64,000 nt of DNA from Verrucomicrobiota bacterium (GCA_049510745.1 JBEKYR010000005.1:126899-190898), one strand, 5' to 3'. Positions 1 through 9,948 are shown, numbered from the stretch's first letter. The notes: generated by a model from the sequence alone, not told the origin. Numbers and translations: made by a program.

Positions 1-629
1 GCCCGCCGCGCCGCCTCGTCCGGCCCCGGTTCGGTCCACGACTTTTGCTCCGACATCCGCCACCAGGCCTGCAAGAGAACCTCCGCCGCCTCCGCGCGGC
101 TGGTTTTGTTCTTGACGGCCTCGTTGAGCCACTTTTGGGCGGCGGCTTCGGCTTCCGGGTCGGGCGCCGCGATCATCGCGCCGCCGAACTGCGTCTGGTA
201 CGCCCCGTCAAAATGGAGGCGGAAAAACAGGTCGTGCGCCGGGTCCGCCCCCAGCTCGGCCAGGAGCGCCTCGACCAGGAACGGGGCGCTGAAAATCTGC
301 TCGAAATTGGTTTTCAACTGCGGCCCCAACCCGAAACCGACCAGCCGCCGCAAACTCACGTCCTCCGGCGCCCGTGTAAAGGCCTCGATATGCGCGGCGT
401 CGATGGCCGCCTGGCGTATCTTCTCGATGTCCGCCGGATGTCCCAGCCCGGCCAGCGCGTGGCGGTCAAACAACTCGAACACCTTCGATTGGCCCCCGCC
501 CACGCCCAGCAGAAGGATGCCCTCGGGAAGGCTGGCGGCGAACACCGGCGAGCCGCCCTTGAGCTGCTCGCGCACGTATTCGCGGCGGTTGGCCACCGCC
601 TCCAGCCAGCGATAGGGTTCCTCAGTCAT
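1..629 (-). CDS. prcA: 20S proteasome alpha subunit (3' end runs off the window)
   Basis: Hand translation from ATG at 629: MTEEPYRWLEAVANRREYVREQLKGGSPVFAASLPEGILLLGVGGGQSKVFELFDRHALAGLGHPADIEKIRQAAIDAAHIEAFTRAPEDVSLRRLV..., open to the window edge. Overlaps the prcB stop by 8 nt. Not in the ORF track. Confidence 0.9.
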   Translation of the reverse strand, partial: MTEEPYRWLEAVANRREYVREQLKGGSPVFAASLPEGILLLGVGGGQSKVFELFDRHALAGLGHPADIEKIRQAAIDAAHIEAFTRAPEDVSLRRLVGFGLGPQLKTNFEQIFSAPFLVEALLAELGADPAHDLFFRLHFDGAYQTQFGGAMIAAPDPEAEAAAQKWLNEAVKNKTSRAEAAEVLLQAWWRMSEQKSWTEPGPDEAARR

Positions 630-1395
630 GCAAAAACTCCCGCTGCTGCTCGTCGGTGATGGTCTCGACCCCGGCCGGCCGCAACACCTTGATGGTGGCG
701 TAAGTTTGGGTCGAGGGATTGACGCCCCCGGTGGCGGAATCAAACTCCGAGGCGGTCGAGAGCAAACGCGACCCAAACCGCACGGCCTCGCGCAAATTCA
801 TTTGCGACGGCGCGGGTTGTCCGTACCGCTCCTGAAAACTCAGGACGCTGCGAATGGTCGCCGACCCGGAGCCGGAGGCGGCGTAGCCGACCGCCTGGAA
901 TTGCGCGCCGAGCGGATCGTAAAAGAAAATCTGCGGTTTGGGCGGCGCGACCGAATGGTCCACCCCCGCGAAGAGCGGCACGACGATCCCAATGCCCTGC
1001 ATCGTCAGGGTCAGGTTGTCGCGCAGCAACCGCGCCAGGGCGCGCACCCGCGCGGGCAGGCTCAACGGCTGGAGCTGGCTGCGCCGGTAGTATTCAAAGG
1101 AGGTTTGCAGCACCCGGGCCATTTCAAAAGCCGTCGCCGGCACCCCCGCGATGGCCAGCAGGGAAGTCGAATCAATTTCGATAATCTTCTCGACGCGGTC
1201 CGTGACGATGACGTTGCCCGCCGTGGCGCGGCGGTCCCCGGCCATCAGAACGCCCCCGGCGAATTGAAACGCGAAAACGGTGGTGGCCTGCGTTTGCACC
1301 GGGGCGCCGGGCGACGACGCCGCGGGCGCCGGGGCGAGGCGACGCTCCGCCAAAAGCGAAAGGAAATCGCCTGCAATCGGGAGCGGCTGGCTCAT
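622..1395 (-). CDS. prcB: 20S proteasome beta subunit (Ntn hydrolase) with 37-aa propeptide
   Basis: TTVFAF...AGDRRAT...VEK places Thr1, Asp17 and Lys33 at canonical spacing; ASGSGS and DSATGG motifs present. Confidence 0.93.
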   Translation of the reverse strand: MSQPLPIAGDFLSLLAERRLAPAPAASSPGAPVQTQATTVFAFQFAGGVLMAGDRRATAGNVIVTDRVEKIIEIDSTSLLAIAGVPATAFEMARVLQTSFEYYRRSQLQPLSLPARVRALARLLRDNLTLTMQGIGIVVPLFAGVDHSVAPPKPQIFFYDPLGAQFQAVGYAASGSGSATIRSVLSFQERYGQPAPSQMNLREAVRFGSRLLSTASEFDSATGGVNPSTQTYATIKVLRPAGVETITDEQQREFLHD

Positions 1396-1562
1396 TGGCC
1401 GGTGCGCTGGCGATAACGCCGGGCCTGGTCGGGATCGACCTTGCGCATGCGTTTGAGCAATTCCTCCGTGTTGGGTTTATCGACTTTCGGCGCGCTCGGC
1501 CCCTCGCCGCCGCCGCCGCCGGGCGGCGCGATCGGTCTGTTTTTTTGAGCTTGGTCTGGCAT
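1392..1562 (-). CDS. ubact: Ubiquitin-like protein UBact (Pup analogue), 56 aa
   Basis: Hand translation: MPDQAQKNRPIAPPGGGGGEGPSAPKVDKPNTEELLKRMRKVDPDQARRYRQRTGQ*. The LLKRMRKVDPDQARRYRQRTG[QE] C-terminus is the UBact signature. ATGA overlap with prcB. Not in the ORF track. Confidence 0.92.
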   Translation of the reverse strand: MPDQAQKNRPIAPPGGGGGEGPSAPKVDKPNTEELLKRMRKVDPDQARRYRQRTGQ

Positions 1563-1707
1563 ACAACGTATTAAGTATCGTCCCTTTCGCCCATTTTACA
1601 CGTTACAACTTGGCAGAAAAATCCGGGAATTCAAGTCGCGCCCGATTGAAAAATCCGCATGTTCTTCCCACCCGGGCCTTGAAAGCGTTTGTGCCTCGGT
1701 ATTCGGT

Positions 1708-1821
1708 TTATCTGCGATGGATGGGCAATCGCAAGACTTCCACGATCTTGCGGGCGATCAAATAACGCCGTTCTTCGGTCACGCTGCCCTTGCGGTCAGC
1801 AAATTGCGCTTTGGGCAAGAG
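1708..1821 (-). pseudogene. C-terminal remnant of a PemK/MazF-like toxin
   Basis: Frame LLPKAQFADRKGSVTEERRYLIARKIVEVLRLPIHRR* resembles a PemK-type C-terminus. No start codon, preceded by an in-frame TAG, and overlaps the end of the antitoxin gene. Confidence 0.55.
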
Positions 1822-2119
1822 CTACATCAAGGTCCGCGGGTGCGCGGATAACGGACGCTTTGGCGAGCCGGTTTTGTTCCTGGATTTCTTCTCTGCTGTA
1901 GCAGTTGGCGAAATAGCCCGCCGGCCGGATGGGAATGGGGTCAATCGGGGGAACTTCCTGCAATAGGAAGCGGTGTTCTCCACGCGCGATGTACACGGTT
2001 TCGCCCTTCCTGACTTTTTCCAGCAGCCGCCCCAAGTAAGTCTTCGCGTGGCTGAGGCTGAAACTGTCCGACTGCAAATTGACCTTCCGTCTTCGCGGCG
2101 AATGATTCGCAACTTTCAT
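1796..2119 (-). CDS. Phd/YefM-like type II antitoxin
   Basis: SLSHAKTYLGRLLEKVRKGETVYIARG matches the Phd N-terminal pattern. Confidence 0.7.
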   Translation of the reverse strand: MKVANHSPRRRKVNLQSDSFSLSHAKTYLGRLLEKVRKGETVYIARGEHRFLLQEVPPIDPIPIRPAGYFANCYSREEIQEQNRLAKASVIRAPADLDVALAQSAIC

Positions 2120-2154
2120 AGGCTAATCATAGGCTGTTTTCAGGTTGGCGTCGA
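2116..2154 (-). promoter_or_regulatory. Putative sigma70 promoter with direct-repeat operator for the antitoxin gene
   Basis: TCGACG-17nt-TATGAT-6nt-ATG; AGCCTATGA occurs twice (2116-2124, 2127-2135), covering the -10 box and start codon. Confidence 0.5.
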
Positions 2155-2176
2155 GAGATTTTTTGGAAATCCGCCC

Positions 2177-5047
2177 TCACCCGCAGGTGCAAACCAGATT
2201 CCGGTCGCCCCACACGTTGTCGATCCGCCCGACGCCCGGCCAGAATTTATGCTCGCGCGTCCACGGAGCCGGGAAGGCGGCGCGTTCGCGGCTGTAGGGA
2301 CGCTCCCACGGCTCCCGCGCCAGGGCCAGTGCGGTGTGCGGGGCGTTTTTCAGCAGGTTGTTTTGCGGCGGGACTTTGCCCGATTCGATTTCCTGAATTT
2401 CACCGTGAATCGCCACCAGGGCATCGCAGAATCGGTCCAGTTCCCCGGCCGATTCGCTTTCCGTCGGCTCGATCATCATCGTTCCGGGCACGGGGAACGA
2501 AATGGTCGGCGCGTGAAATCCGTAGTCCATCAGCCGCTTGGCCACGTCCTCGACGGTGACGCTCTTGAAGGGGCGCAGATCGACGATGCACTCGTGGGCA
2601 ACGAAACCGCTCCTGCCCTTGAACAGCACCGGAAAATAAGGGTCAAGCCGGCGCGCGATGTAATTGGCGTTGAGAATGGCCATGCGCGTGGCCTCGGCCA
2701 GCCCCGCGCCGCCCATGAGCGAAATGTAAACCCACGGCACGGCCAAAATGCTCGCGCTGCCCCACGGCGCGGCGGACACGGCGCCAATCGGGTCCTCGCC
2801 GCCGAGGTTGACGACGGGATGGCCGGGCAGGAATTCCACCAAGTGTTCCGCCACGCAGATCGGCCCCATGCCCGGCCCGCCCCCGCCGTGCGGAATGCAA
2901 AAGGTCTTGTGCAAATTGATGTGGCAAACGTCCGCGCCGATGTCGCCGGGACGGCAAAGTCCGACTTGCGCGTTCATGTTTGCGCCATCCATATAGACCA
3001 GCCCGCCGTGTTCGTGGACGATCCGGCAGATGTCCCGGATGCCTTCCTCGAACACCCCGTGGGTGGAGGGATACGTCACCATGAGCGCGGCCAGATCGTC
3101 TTTGTGCGCTTCGGCTTTGGCGCGGAGGTCGCCCAGGTCAATGTTCCCGCCCGCGTCGCACGCCACCGGGACAATTTGCCAGCCGGCCAGGGCGGCGCTG
3201 GCGGGATTGGTGCCGTGGGCGGATGTCGGAATCAGACAGACACGGCGGCGCGGCTGGACGCGCGTTTGGTGAAATTTCTGTATGACAAGCAGGCCGGCGT
3301 ATTCCCCTTGCGCGCCGGAATTGGGTTGGAGGGAACATCCGGCCAGACCGGTGATCTCCGCCAGCCACTCCTCCAGTTGCCGGAAAAGGATTTGAAACCC
3401 GCGCGTCTGGGAGAGGGGCGCGAAGGGATGGAGGCGGGCGAATTCCGGCCAGGTGATGGGGAGCATTTCCGCCGTCCCGTTGAGCTTCATCGTGCAGGAG
3501 CCGAGCGGGATCATCGAGGTCGTCAACGATAAATCCCGGCTTTCCAGCCGCCGCAAATAGCGCAGCATCTCCGTCTCGGAATGGCAGCGGTTAAACACCG
3601 CCTGCTGAAGGAACCCGCTGGCGCGGGCCAGCGGCGGCGGATAGTCCGGCGAGACTTTTGCCGCCAGTTCCGCCGGTGATACCGCGGGCGCATTGCCGCC
3701 GTTAAAAACGGACAGAATATCGGCCACGTCCGTCTCTCCCGTCGTTTCGTCCAGCGAGATGCCGATGTTCCGGGCATCGAAGACGCGGAAATTCATGCGG
3801 TGGGCCTCCGCCGCCTTGAGAATCTCGGCGCGCTTCGGCCCCAAATCGATTTTCAGCGTGTCGAAAAACGGCGTGGCCGCCGCCGGCGCGAAGCCCGCCT
3901 GCTTGAGTCCCTCCGCCAGCATCGCTGTCAACAATCGCACGCGGCGGGCGATCCTTTGCAGTCCTTCCGGCCCGTGATAAACGGCGTACATGGCGGCCAG
4001 GTTGGCGGGCAGGGCCTGCGCCGTGCAGATATTGCTGGTGGCCTTCTCGCGGCGGATGTGCTGTTCGCGCGTTTGCAGCGCCAGGCGGAAGGCGGGGTTC
4101 CCGGCCGCATCCTTGGAAACGCCGACCAGCCGGCCCGGAAGCAGCCGCTTGAAAGCGTCGCTTGTGGCGAAGAAGGCGGCGTGCGGCCCGCCATAACCGA
4201 GCGGCACGCCGAAGCGTTGCGCGCTGCCCACCGCCACGTCCGCGCCGAACTCTCCCGGCGGACGCAGCAGCGTCAACGCCAGCAAATCCGCCGCCACCAC
4301 CAGCAAGGCGCCGGCGGCATGCGCCTGTTCGGCGAACGGCTCGTAATCGAAGATGGCACCGTCGGTCGCCGGGTATTGCACGAGCGCGCCGCAAACAGAG
4401 TCGTTGCACTGGAAACTTTGGTGGTCCCCCACGATCACTTCGATGCCCAGCGGCCGCGCGCGGGTCCGTACCACTTCGATCGTTTGCGGATGGCACAATT
4501 GCGAGACAAAGAAGACACGGCGTTCAGGCCGGGCGTTCTGGCAAAGGTGCATCGCTTCGGCGGCGGCGGTCGCCTCATCGAGCAGGGAAGCGTTGGCGAT
4601 GGGCAGGCCGGTCAGATCGCTCGTCATGGTTTGGAAATTGAGCAGCGCCTCCAGCCGCCCCTGGGAAATCTCCGCCTGATAGGGCGTGTATGGGGTGTAC
4701 CAACCGGGATTCTCCAGGATATTCCGCTGGAGGACCGGCGGGGTGATGCAATCCGAATAGCCCATGCCGATAAACGAGCGGAAGACCTGGTTTTTCCCCG
4801 CGATGGCGCGCAACTCGTTGAGCGCGGCGTGTTCGTCCTTGCCCGTTGGAAGCCGCAAAGGTGTTTTCAGCCGGATCCCCGCCGGCACGACCGCGTCGAT
4901 GAATTCCTCAAGGCTGGCAAAGCCCTGTTGCTGCAACATCCGCGCCCTCTCGCCGGCGCCGGGGCCGATATGGCGGTGAACAAACCCATCGGCCGGCTCG
5001 AAGGTTTGTGGCCCGCGCGCCGCCGGAACAGTCGATACTTCAGACAT
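2177..5047 (-). CDS. gcvP: Glycine dehydrogenase (decarboxylating), glycine cleavage P protein
   Basis: [47 protein letters not shown] (PLP lysine); 956 aa single-chain form. Confidence 0.98.
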   Translation of the reverse strand: MSEVSTVPAARGPQTFEPADGFVHRHIGPGAGERARMLQQQGFASLEEFIDAVVPAGIRLKTPLRLPTGKDEHAALNELRAIAGKNQVFRSFIGMGYSDCITPPVLQRNILENPGWYTPYTPYQAEISQGRLEALLNFQTMTSDLTGLPIANASLLDEATAAAEAMHLCQNARPERRVFFVSQLCHPQTIEVVRTRARPLGIEVIVGDHQSFQCNDSVCGALVQYPATDGAIFDYEPFAEQAHAAGALLVVAADLLALTLLRPPGEFGADVAVGSAQRFGVPLGYGGPHAAFFATSDAFKRLLPGRLVGVSKDAAGNPAFRLALQTREQHIRREKATSNICTAQALPANLAAMYAVYHGPEGLQRIARRVRLLTAMLAEGLKQAGFAPAAATPFFDTLKIDLGPKRAEILKAAEAHRMNFRVFDARNIGISLDETTGETDVADILSVFNGGNAPAVSPAELAAKVSPDYPPPLARASGFLQQAVFNRCHSETEMLRYLRRLESRDLSLTTSMIPLGSCTMKLNGTAEMLPITWPEFARLHPFAPLSQTRGFQILFRQLEEWLAEITGLAGCSLQPNSGAQGEYAGLLVIQKFHQTRVQPRRRVCLIPTSAHGTNPASAALAGWQIVPVACDAGGNIDLGDLRAKAEAHKDDLAALMVTYPSTHGVFEEGIRDICRIVHEHGGLVYMDGANMNAQVGLCRPGDIGADVCHINLHKTFCIPHGGGGPGMGPICVAEHLVEFLPGHPVVNLGGEDPIGAVSAAPWGSASILAVPWVYISLMGGAGLAEATRMAILNANYIARRLDPYFPVLFKGRSGFVAHECIVDLRPFKSVTVEDVAKRLMDYGFHAPTISFPVPGTMMIEPTESESAGELDRFCDALVAIHGEIQEIESGKVPPQNNLLKNAPHTALALAREPWERPYSRERAAFPAPWTREHKFWPGVGRIDNVWGDRNLVCTCG

Positions 5048-5282
5048 GGGGCGAAAATAAAATGGCGCGGGCGCAAAGCAAGCGAGTTGTGGGGAATTGT
5101 TTTGCCGGCCCGATCCCTGGCGATGTGTTCGGCAAGTTTGAAATTGCCCGAACCGATTGACCGGGTGTTTCCGATTTTCCCGCCGGCCGCTGGTTGGTTC
5201 TCCTCCACGAAATGAATGGACACCAATTTCCCAGGCCCGACCCTTTCACGACCTCTCTGTCAATGGCGCAATGCGCTTTCGC

Positions 5283-5401
5283 CTACGGGTGTTCAATCAC
5301 CGCTGTTCCTGTCAAGCCCTCGAAATCTGACCGATTCCGAGTCAGAACCACGTCCGCGCCGGCTTTGACCGCCGCCAGAGCGTGGCCATGCCGTATTTCA
5401 T
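5283..5401 (-). pseudogene. Internally deleted PIN-domain (VapC-like) toxin
   Basis: ATG AAA TAC overlaps the antitoxin stop (ATGA), then an out-of-frame tail HALAAVKAGADVVLTRNRSDFEGLTGTAVIEHP* carries the PIN C-terminal LTxNxxDF motif. Confidence 0.7.
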
Positions 5402-5643
5402 GCCCGCGAATCTCGTTCTTCGCGGACCGCCTTGGCGATGGCCTCAGGGGTGATTTCCCCAGGAACATCCAGCATAAGGCGGCCGTTGCGCCGGACTAGT
5501 TTGCCCAGGACACGTTTGGGCTCCTCCGGCACCAATCGCTTCAAAATTATCCGCGTGCCATCCACCTCCGGTTCAAAGCTCGTGCCCGGTGGAAACAATT
5601 CCAGGCTGGCGATGCGGCCCCTTGAATCTGCAGTTAATGTCAT
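5398..5643 (-). CDS. AbrB/MazE/SpoVT-like antitoxin
   Basis: 81 aa; TADSRGRI...FPPGTSFEPEVDGTRIILKR swapped-hairpin pattern; lies upstream of the PIN remnant. Confidence 0.7.
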   Translation of the reverse strand: MTLTADSRGRIASLELFPPGTSFEPEVDGTRIILKRLVPEEPKRVLGKLVRRNGRLMLDVPGEITPEAIAKAVREERDSRA

Positions 5644-5644
5644 A

Positions 5645-5679
5645 ATGGGATTATCCCATCAGATTGGATGAAAAGTCAA
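5645..5679 (-). promoter_or_regulatory. Putative sigma70 promoter with palindromic operator
   Basis: TTGACT-18nt-GATAAT-6nt-ATG; perfect inverted repeat ATGGGAT-N-ATCCCAT (5645-5659) covers the -10 box. Confidence 0.6.
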
Positions 5680-5762
5680 GTTCAGACGATCGGCCGCTTG
5701 ACCTGCGCGCCGCCAGAAAAACACTGGTTGAACTTACAACCGAGCCCGGAAAATCCTATGGC

Positions 5763-7793
5763 TCACCATATAACGGCGCGCACGGCGGGCGGGCGCCACA
5801 TCGGGGCGCCTTCCTTGATGCCAAAGGCATCGTAGAATTCCTGCAAATTCGACTCCGGCCCGATGCCGCGAAATTGGCCCGGCGAATGCGGATCCACCGT
5901 GATCAGCCGCCGTTGCTCGGCTTCGCGCCAGTTCACCCGCCAAATCTGCGCGAACGACAGGAAAAACCGCTGCTCAGGCGTGAAGCCGTCGATCTTCTTG
6001 CGCTTTTCCGGGTGATTGGCCAGGTCGCGTTCCAGGGCCTCGTAGGAAAGACTGACCCCTCCCAGGTCGGCGATGTTTTCGCCCAACGTCAGCCGGCCGT
6101 TGACATGCAGACCGGGCAGGGCCTCGTAACCGCTGTATTGATCGACCAATTTTTGCGCGCGCGCGTCAAAGGCCTCCGCGTCCTCTTTCGTCCACCAGTC
6201 GTTAAGATTGCCGTCGGCGTCGAATTTGCGCCCCTCGTCGTCGTAGCCGTGCGTCATTTCGTGTCCGATGACCGCGCCGATCGCCCCGTAGTTGACCGCG
6301 TCGTCCATTGTGATGTCGAAAAACGGCGGCTGCAAAATGCCGGCCGGGAAAACGATCTCGTTTTGCGGGGGATTGAAGTAGGCGTTGACGGTTTGCGGGG
6401 TCATTTCCCACTCGCTTTTATCGACCGGCTTGCCGATGCGGGCCAGCTCGCGTTTGGACTCAAAAATCGCGGCGCGGCGGACGTTGCCCAGGTAATCGTC
6501 GCGCCGGATTTCCACGCTGGAATAATCGCGGAAGTTGGCGGGGTAGCCGACTTTTTGGGAGAAGCGGTCGAATTTCGCCAGAGCTTTGGCGCGGGTCGCC
6601 CCGGTCATCCACGGCACTTTCGCCAGGCGCGCGCGAAAGACTCCCTTGAGATTGTCAATCAAATCGTTCATCCGCGCGCGGGCGTCGGGCGGGAAATACT
6701 TCTCGACATAGAGCTGGCCGAGCGCTTCGCCAATGGAAGCGTCGATGATGCGGGCGGCGCGCTGCCAGCGCGGTTCCTGGGCCGGCTGGCCGCGCAGGAC
6801 GCGCCCGTTAAACGCGAAGGACTCCTCCTCGAACGCCGCCGGCAGCCGCGGGGCGGCGGCGCGCAGCACGTGCCAGCGCAAATAAATCTTCCAATCCTCC
6901 AGCGGACGCTCCCGCACCAGGCCGTCCAGCGCGGCGAAGAATTCCGGCTGCCGGATGACCAGCTCCGGCAGGGCGGGAATGCCGGCGGCTGTAAAGAATG
7001 TTTCCAGGTTGAGGCCGGGGTATTTGGCCTCGGCCTCGGTCGCGGTGAATTTATGATAGTTGGCGACGGGGTCGCGCAGATCGGCCCGGGGTTTGCTCGC
7101 TTTGGCCAGGGCGGTTTCCAAATCGAGGATTTTCGCCGCCGCCGCCTGGGCCGCCTCCTCCGCCGCGCCGGCCAGGGCCAGCATTTTGGCCACGTGCGCC
7201 GCGTAGGCCGCGCGTTGTTTGGCGAAAGCCTCCGTCAGATAGTAGTCGCGGTCGGGCATTCCCAGCCCGCCCTGGCCGAAATAAAGCGCATAGACCGCGC
7301 TGTTTCTGTCATCCGCCGCCACAGACGACCGAAACATGGCGCTCACGTCCCGCGTTTGTAGCTCGGCCAAAAACCGCATCATTTCCGCCGGCGACGACAG
7401 CGCGTCAATCCGGGCCAAATCGTCGCGCAATGGCCCCAGGCCCAGTTGTTCAATGCGATTGGTGTTCATGGCCGACGCAAAAAAATCGCCCGCTTCGCGG
7501 ACGGGCGAATGGGCGGGGGCGGCCTCGGCGGCGGCGGCGGATTCCAGGAGGCCGCGCAGCAAATTCCAGTTGCGCTGCTGCAATTCATCGAAGCCCGCCC
7601 AGCGCGCCTTGTCGGCCGGCACCGGGTTATTCTTCAGCCATGTCCCGCAGGCATAGCGGAAGAAGTCGGCGCCCGGATCAACCGTTTGATCCATATTATT
7701 GACGGAAAACCGGGGCACATCCATCCCCGCCGGGAGCGCGGCGACGGCCGATGCCAGCAAGAAGCCGGCGCCAAAGAGGGTCCTCATTTGCAT
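5763..7793 (-). CDS. M13 family zinc metallopeptidase (PepO/neprilysin-like), secreted
   Basis: VNAYFNP, GHEMTHGYD (HExxH), GENIADLGG, HSP motifs; signal peptide from ATG 7793. Confidence 0.95.
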   Translation of the reverse strand: MQMRTLFGAGFLLASAVAALPAGMDVPRFSVNNMDQTVDPGADFFRYACGTWLKNNPVPADKARWAGFDELQQRNWNLLRGLLESAAAAEAAPAHSPVREAGDFFASAMNTNRIEQLGLGPLRDDLARIDALSSPAEMMRFLAELQTRDVSAMFRSSVAADDRNSAVYALYFGQGGLGMPDRDYYLTEAFAKQRAAYAAHVAKMLALAGAAEEAAQAAAAKILDLETALAKASKPRADLRDPVANYHKFTATEAEAKYPGLNLETFFTAAGIPALPELVIRQPEFFAALDGLVRERPLEDWKIYLRWHVLRAAAPRLPAAFEEESFAFNGRVLRGQPAQEPRWQRAARIIDASIGEALGQLYVEKYFPPDARARMNDLIDNLKGVFRARLAKVPWMTGATRAKALAKFDRFSQKVGYPANFRDYSSVEIRRDDYLGNVRRAAIFESKRELARIGKPVDKSEWEMTPQTVNAYFNPPQNEIVFPAGILQPPFFDITMDDAVNYGAIGAVIGHEMTHGYDDEGRKFDADGNLNDWWTKEDAEAFDARAQKLVDQYSGYEALPGLHVNGRLTLGENIADLGGVSLSYEALERDLANHPEKRKKIDGFTPEQRFFLSFAQIWRVNWREAEQRRLITVDPHSPGQFRGIGPESNLQEFYDAFGIKEGAPMWRPPAVRAVIW

Positions 7794-7862
7794 GGCGCCA
7801 GCGTAGCGGGGCCGGTGGCGAGATTCAACCCCCATCAAACGGCGGCCGCTCCTTGCGCCAGA

Positions 7863-8288
7863 TTACGACTCTGCCCAGCGGTCCAGGATCCGGCGTTCCT
7901 TTTTCGTCGGTCGGCCCGCGCCTTTCGGGCGATACCCAATCGGACGGAAAGCGGGCGCGCGCGCCTTCTCAAATTCGGAGGCCGGCGTCTGGTCCTGGAC
8001 AAACTCGCGCGCCTTGGGCGCGCCGACCCGGTGATCGAGCAATTGCAGCACTTTGAACGTGCGCGTCAGGTTGTCTTTGAGCACGACGATGAGGTCGTTG
8101 ATTCTGACCTCGCGCGCCGGCTTGGCCGGCTGGCCGGAAATGGTGACGCGGCCCTGGCGGCAGGCCGCCGCGGCCAGGCTGCGGGTCTTGAAAACGCGCA
8201 CCGCCCACAGCCATTTGTCCAGGCGCACGGAGGGAGCGCGGGTATCCGGGAAAGGCGCTGCTTGGGGATCGGCGTCGCGGGGCGTCAT
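7863..8288 (-). CDS. hslR: Ribosome-associated heat shock protein Hsp15 (S4 domain)
   Basis: VRLDKWLWAVRVFKTRSLA and GRPTKKERR motifs; start chosen at MTPRD. Confidence 0.9.
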   Translation of the reverse strand: MTPRDADPQAAPFPDTRAPSVRLDKWLWAVRVFKTRSLAAAACRQGRVTISGQPAKPAREVRINDLIVVLKDNLTRTFKVLQLLDHRVGAPKAREFVQDQTPASEFEKARAPAFRPIGYRPKGAGRPTKKERRILDRWAES

Positions 8289-8445
8289 GCGCCCAATCTT
8301 CAATGACCGTTCCCGATTTTCAATGACCAATTTTCAAGCGCCTTTCAGAAGGGTTGCCAGCCGGGATGCGCCCCCTTACAAATGCCGCGCTTGGTTGTAA
8401 TTGATCCTGCCCTGCGGGCACGATAGCCTCGCTTGACATGACGCC

Positions 8446-8823
8446 ATGAAACGGACCAAGCGCAGCAAACGCATTCGTCTCTTGCTCATCGGCGGGTTGT
8501 CGGCTGGCGCCCTGGCCGGATGCGCCCCCGCCGGGAAAGCGCCTCTCAGCACGGACAACGTCTATACCAATAATTATTACGTTCCCGGCGTCGGATACTA
8601 CCACGCGCCCTTCCGCGCCTGGTATCCGTTTCCCTACAACCATTTCGATGCCAGGACCCAACGCTACTATGCCGGCGGGCGCTGGGTGCCGGCGCCATTC
8701 GAGAGCATTACCAATGTTTCTTCGCCCTCACCCCAAACTGCCGCCTCCGCCGACGCCATGCGCACGGACATCACACGGGGCGGCTTCGGCTGCGTGGGCG
8801 GCGGTCATTCGATCCACGCCTGA
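8446..8823 (+). CDS. YgiB/DUF1190-like lipoprotein
   Basis: Basic N-terminus, lipobox LAGC, C-terminal TRGGFG; directly upstream of a YgiC-like gene. Confidence 0.65.
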   Translation: MKRTKRSKRIRLLLIGGLSAGALAGCAPAGKAPLSTDNVYTNNYYVPGVGYYHAPFRAWYPFPYNHFDARTQRYYAGGRWVPAPFESITNVSSPSPQTAASADAMRTDITRGGFGCVGGGHSIHA

Positions 8824-9947
8824 TGATGCAACGCCATTGCTGCCAACCCAGACCCGATTGGCCCGCCAAGGTCGAGAGCATCGGCCTGACGTATCACTCG
8901 CACGAGACCGGCCCTTATTGGGACGAATCGGCCTGCTACGAACTGACCGCCCGCGAAGTCGATGTTCTCGAAGCGGCCGCCAACACGCTGCATTTCCTCT
9001 GCATCGAAGCCGCCGAAGCGGTCATCAAAAATAATTGGTGGCCGCGCCTGGGCATTCCCGCCGCCGCCGTTCCCACCCTGTTGCGCTCGTGGGAACGCGA
9101 TGATTTCAGCCTCTATGGACGGTTCGATTTGAGCTTCGACGGGGTGACGCCGCCCAAATTGCTGGAATACAACGCCGACACGCCCACCGCGCTGGTCGAA
9201 GCGGCGGTGGCCCAGTGGTTCTGGCTGCGCGACACGCATCCCGACGCCGATCAGTTCAATTCGATCCACGAGCGCCTCATCGCCGCCTGGCGCCGCTGGC
9301 GGGGGAAAACCGTTCATTTCACCAGCATCCGGGAGAACGCCGAGGACGAGATGACGGTGCTCTATCTGCGGGACACATGCGAGCAGGCCGGCGCGCCGAC
9401 CAAGCCGGTCTGCATCGAGGACATCGGCTGGGACGCCCGCCGGGAAATTTTTGTTGACCTGGACCTCCAGCGCATCGAGCAGTGCTTCAAGCTGTATCCG
9501 TGGGAATGGCTGTGGCACGAGGAGTTTGGCGTCCACCTGGACAAGGACGCTGTGCAGTTCATCGAACCGGCCTGGAAAATGGCTCTGAGCAACAAGGGTC
9601 TGCTGCCGATTTTGTGGCGGCTCTTCCCCGATCATCCCAATCTGCTGCCGGCCTACGAGTTTGCCGGCCCGCTGGAGGGCCGTTATGTGCGCAAACCGAT
9701 TCTGAGCCGGGAAGGCAACAACGTCCTCTGGGTCGAGGGCGGCGTGGTCGTCGAGGAGACCGGCGGCGATTACGGCGAGGAAGGCCACATCTACCAGGCG
9801 CCGGCCTCCCTGCCCGATTTCGACGGCAAGCACCCGGTCTTTGGCGTCTGGGTGGTTGACCACGAGGCGGCCGGACTCGGCATTCGCGAGGACAATTGCC
9901 GCATCACCGGCAATCTCAGCCGCTTTGTCCCGCATTTTTTCCGGTGA
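8823..9947 (+). CDS. Glutathionylspermidine synthase family ATP-grasp protein (YgiC/YjfC-like)
   Basis: YWDESACY, LYGRFDL, LLEYNADTPT, FKLYPWEW, KPILSREGNN, GLGIRED, SRFVPH motifs. Confidence 0.93.
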   Translation: MMQRHCCQPRPDWPAKVESIGLTYHSHETGPYWDESACYELTAREVDVLEAAANTLHFLCIEAAEAVIKNNWWPRLGIPAAAVPTLLRSWERDDFSLYGRFDLSFDGVTPPKLLEYNADTPTALVEAAVAQWFWLRDTHPDADQFNSIHERLIAAWRRWRGKTVHFTSIRENAEDEMTVLYLRDTCEQAGAPTKPVCIEDIGWDARREIFVDLDLQRIEQCFKLYPWEWLWHEEFGVHLDKDAVQFIEPAWKMALSNKGLLPILWRLFPDHPNLLPAYEFAGPLEGRYVRKPILSREGNNVLWVEGGVVVEETGGDYGEEGHIYQAPASLPDFDGKHPVFGVWVVDHEAAGLGIREDNCRITGNLSRFVPHFFR

Positions 9948-9948
9948 C

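Noticed and set aside
45..659. Plus-strand ORFs 45-659 and 106-615
   Set aside because: Antisense shadows of prcA, which the track missed because it has no stop codon within the window.
2125..2179. gcvP ends CTCG-TGA with a short open frame beyond; possible selenocysteine or readthrough
   Set aside because: The conserved DRNLVCxC end is already complete, no SECIS-like hairpin is evident, and the downstream sequence is the antitoxin promoter.
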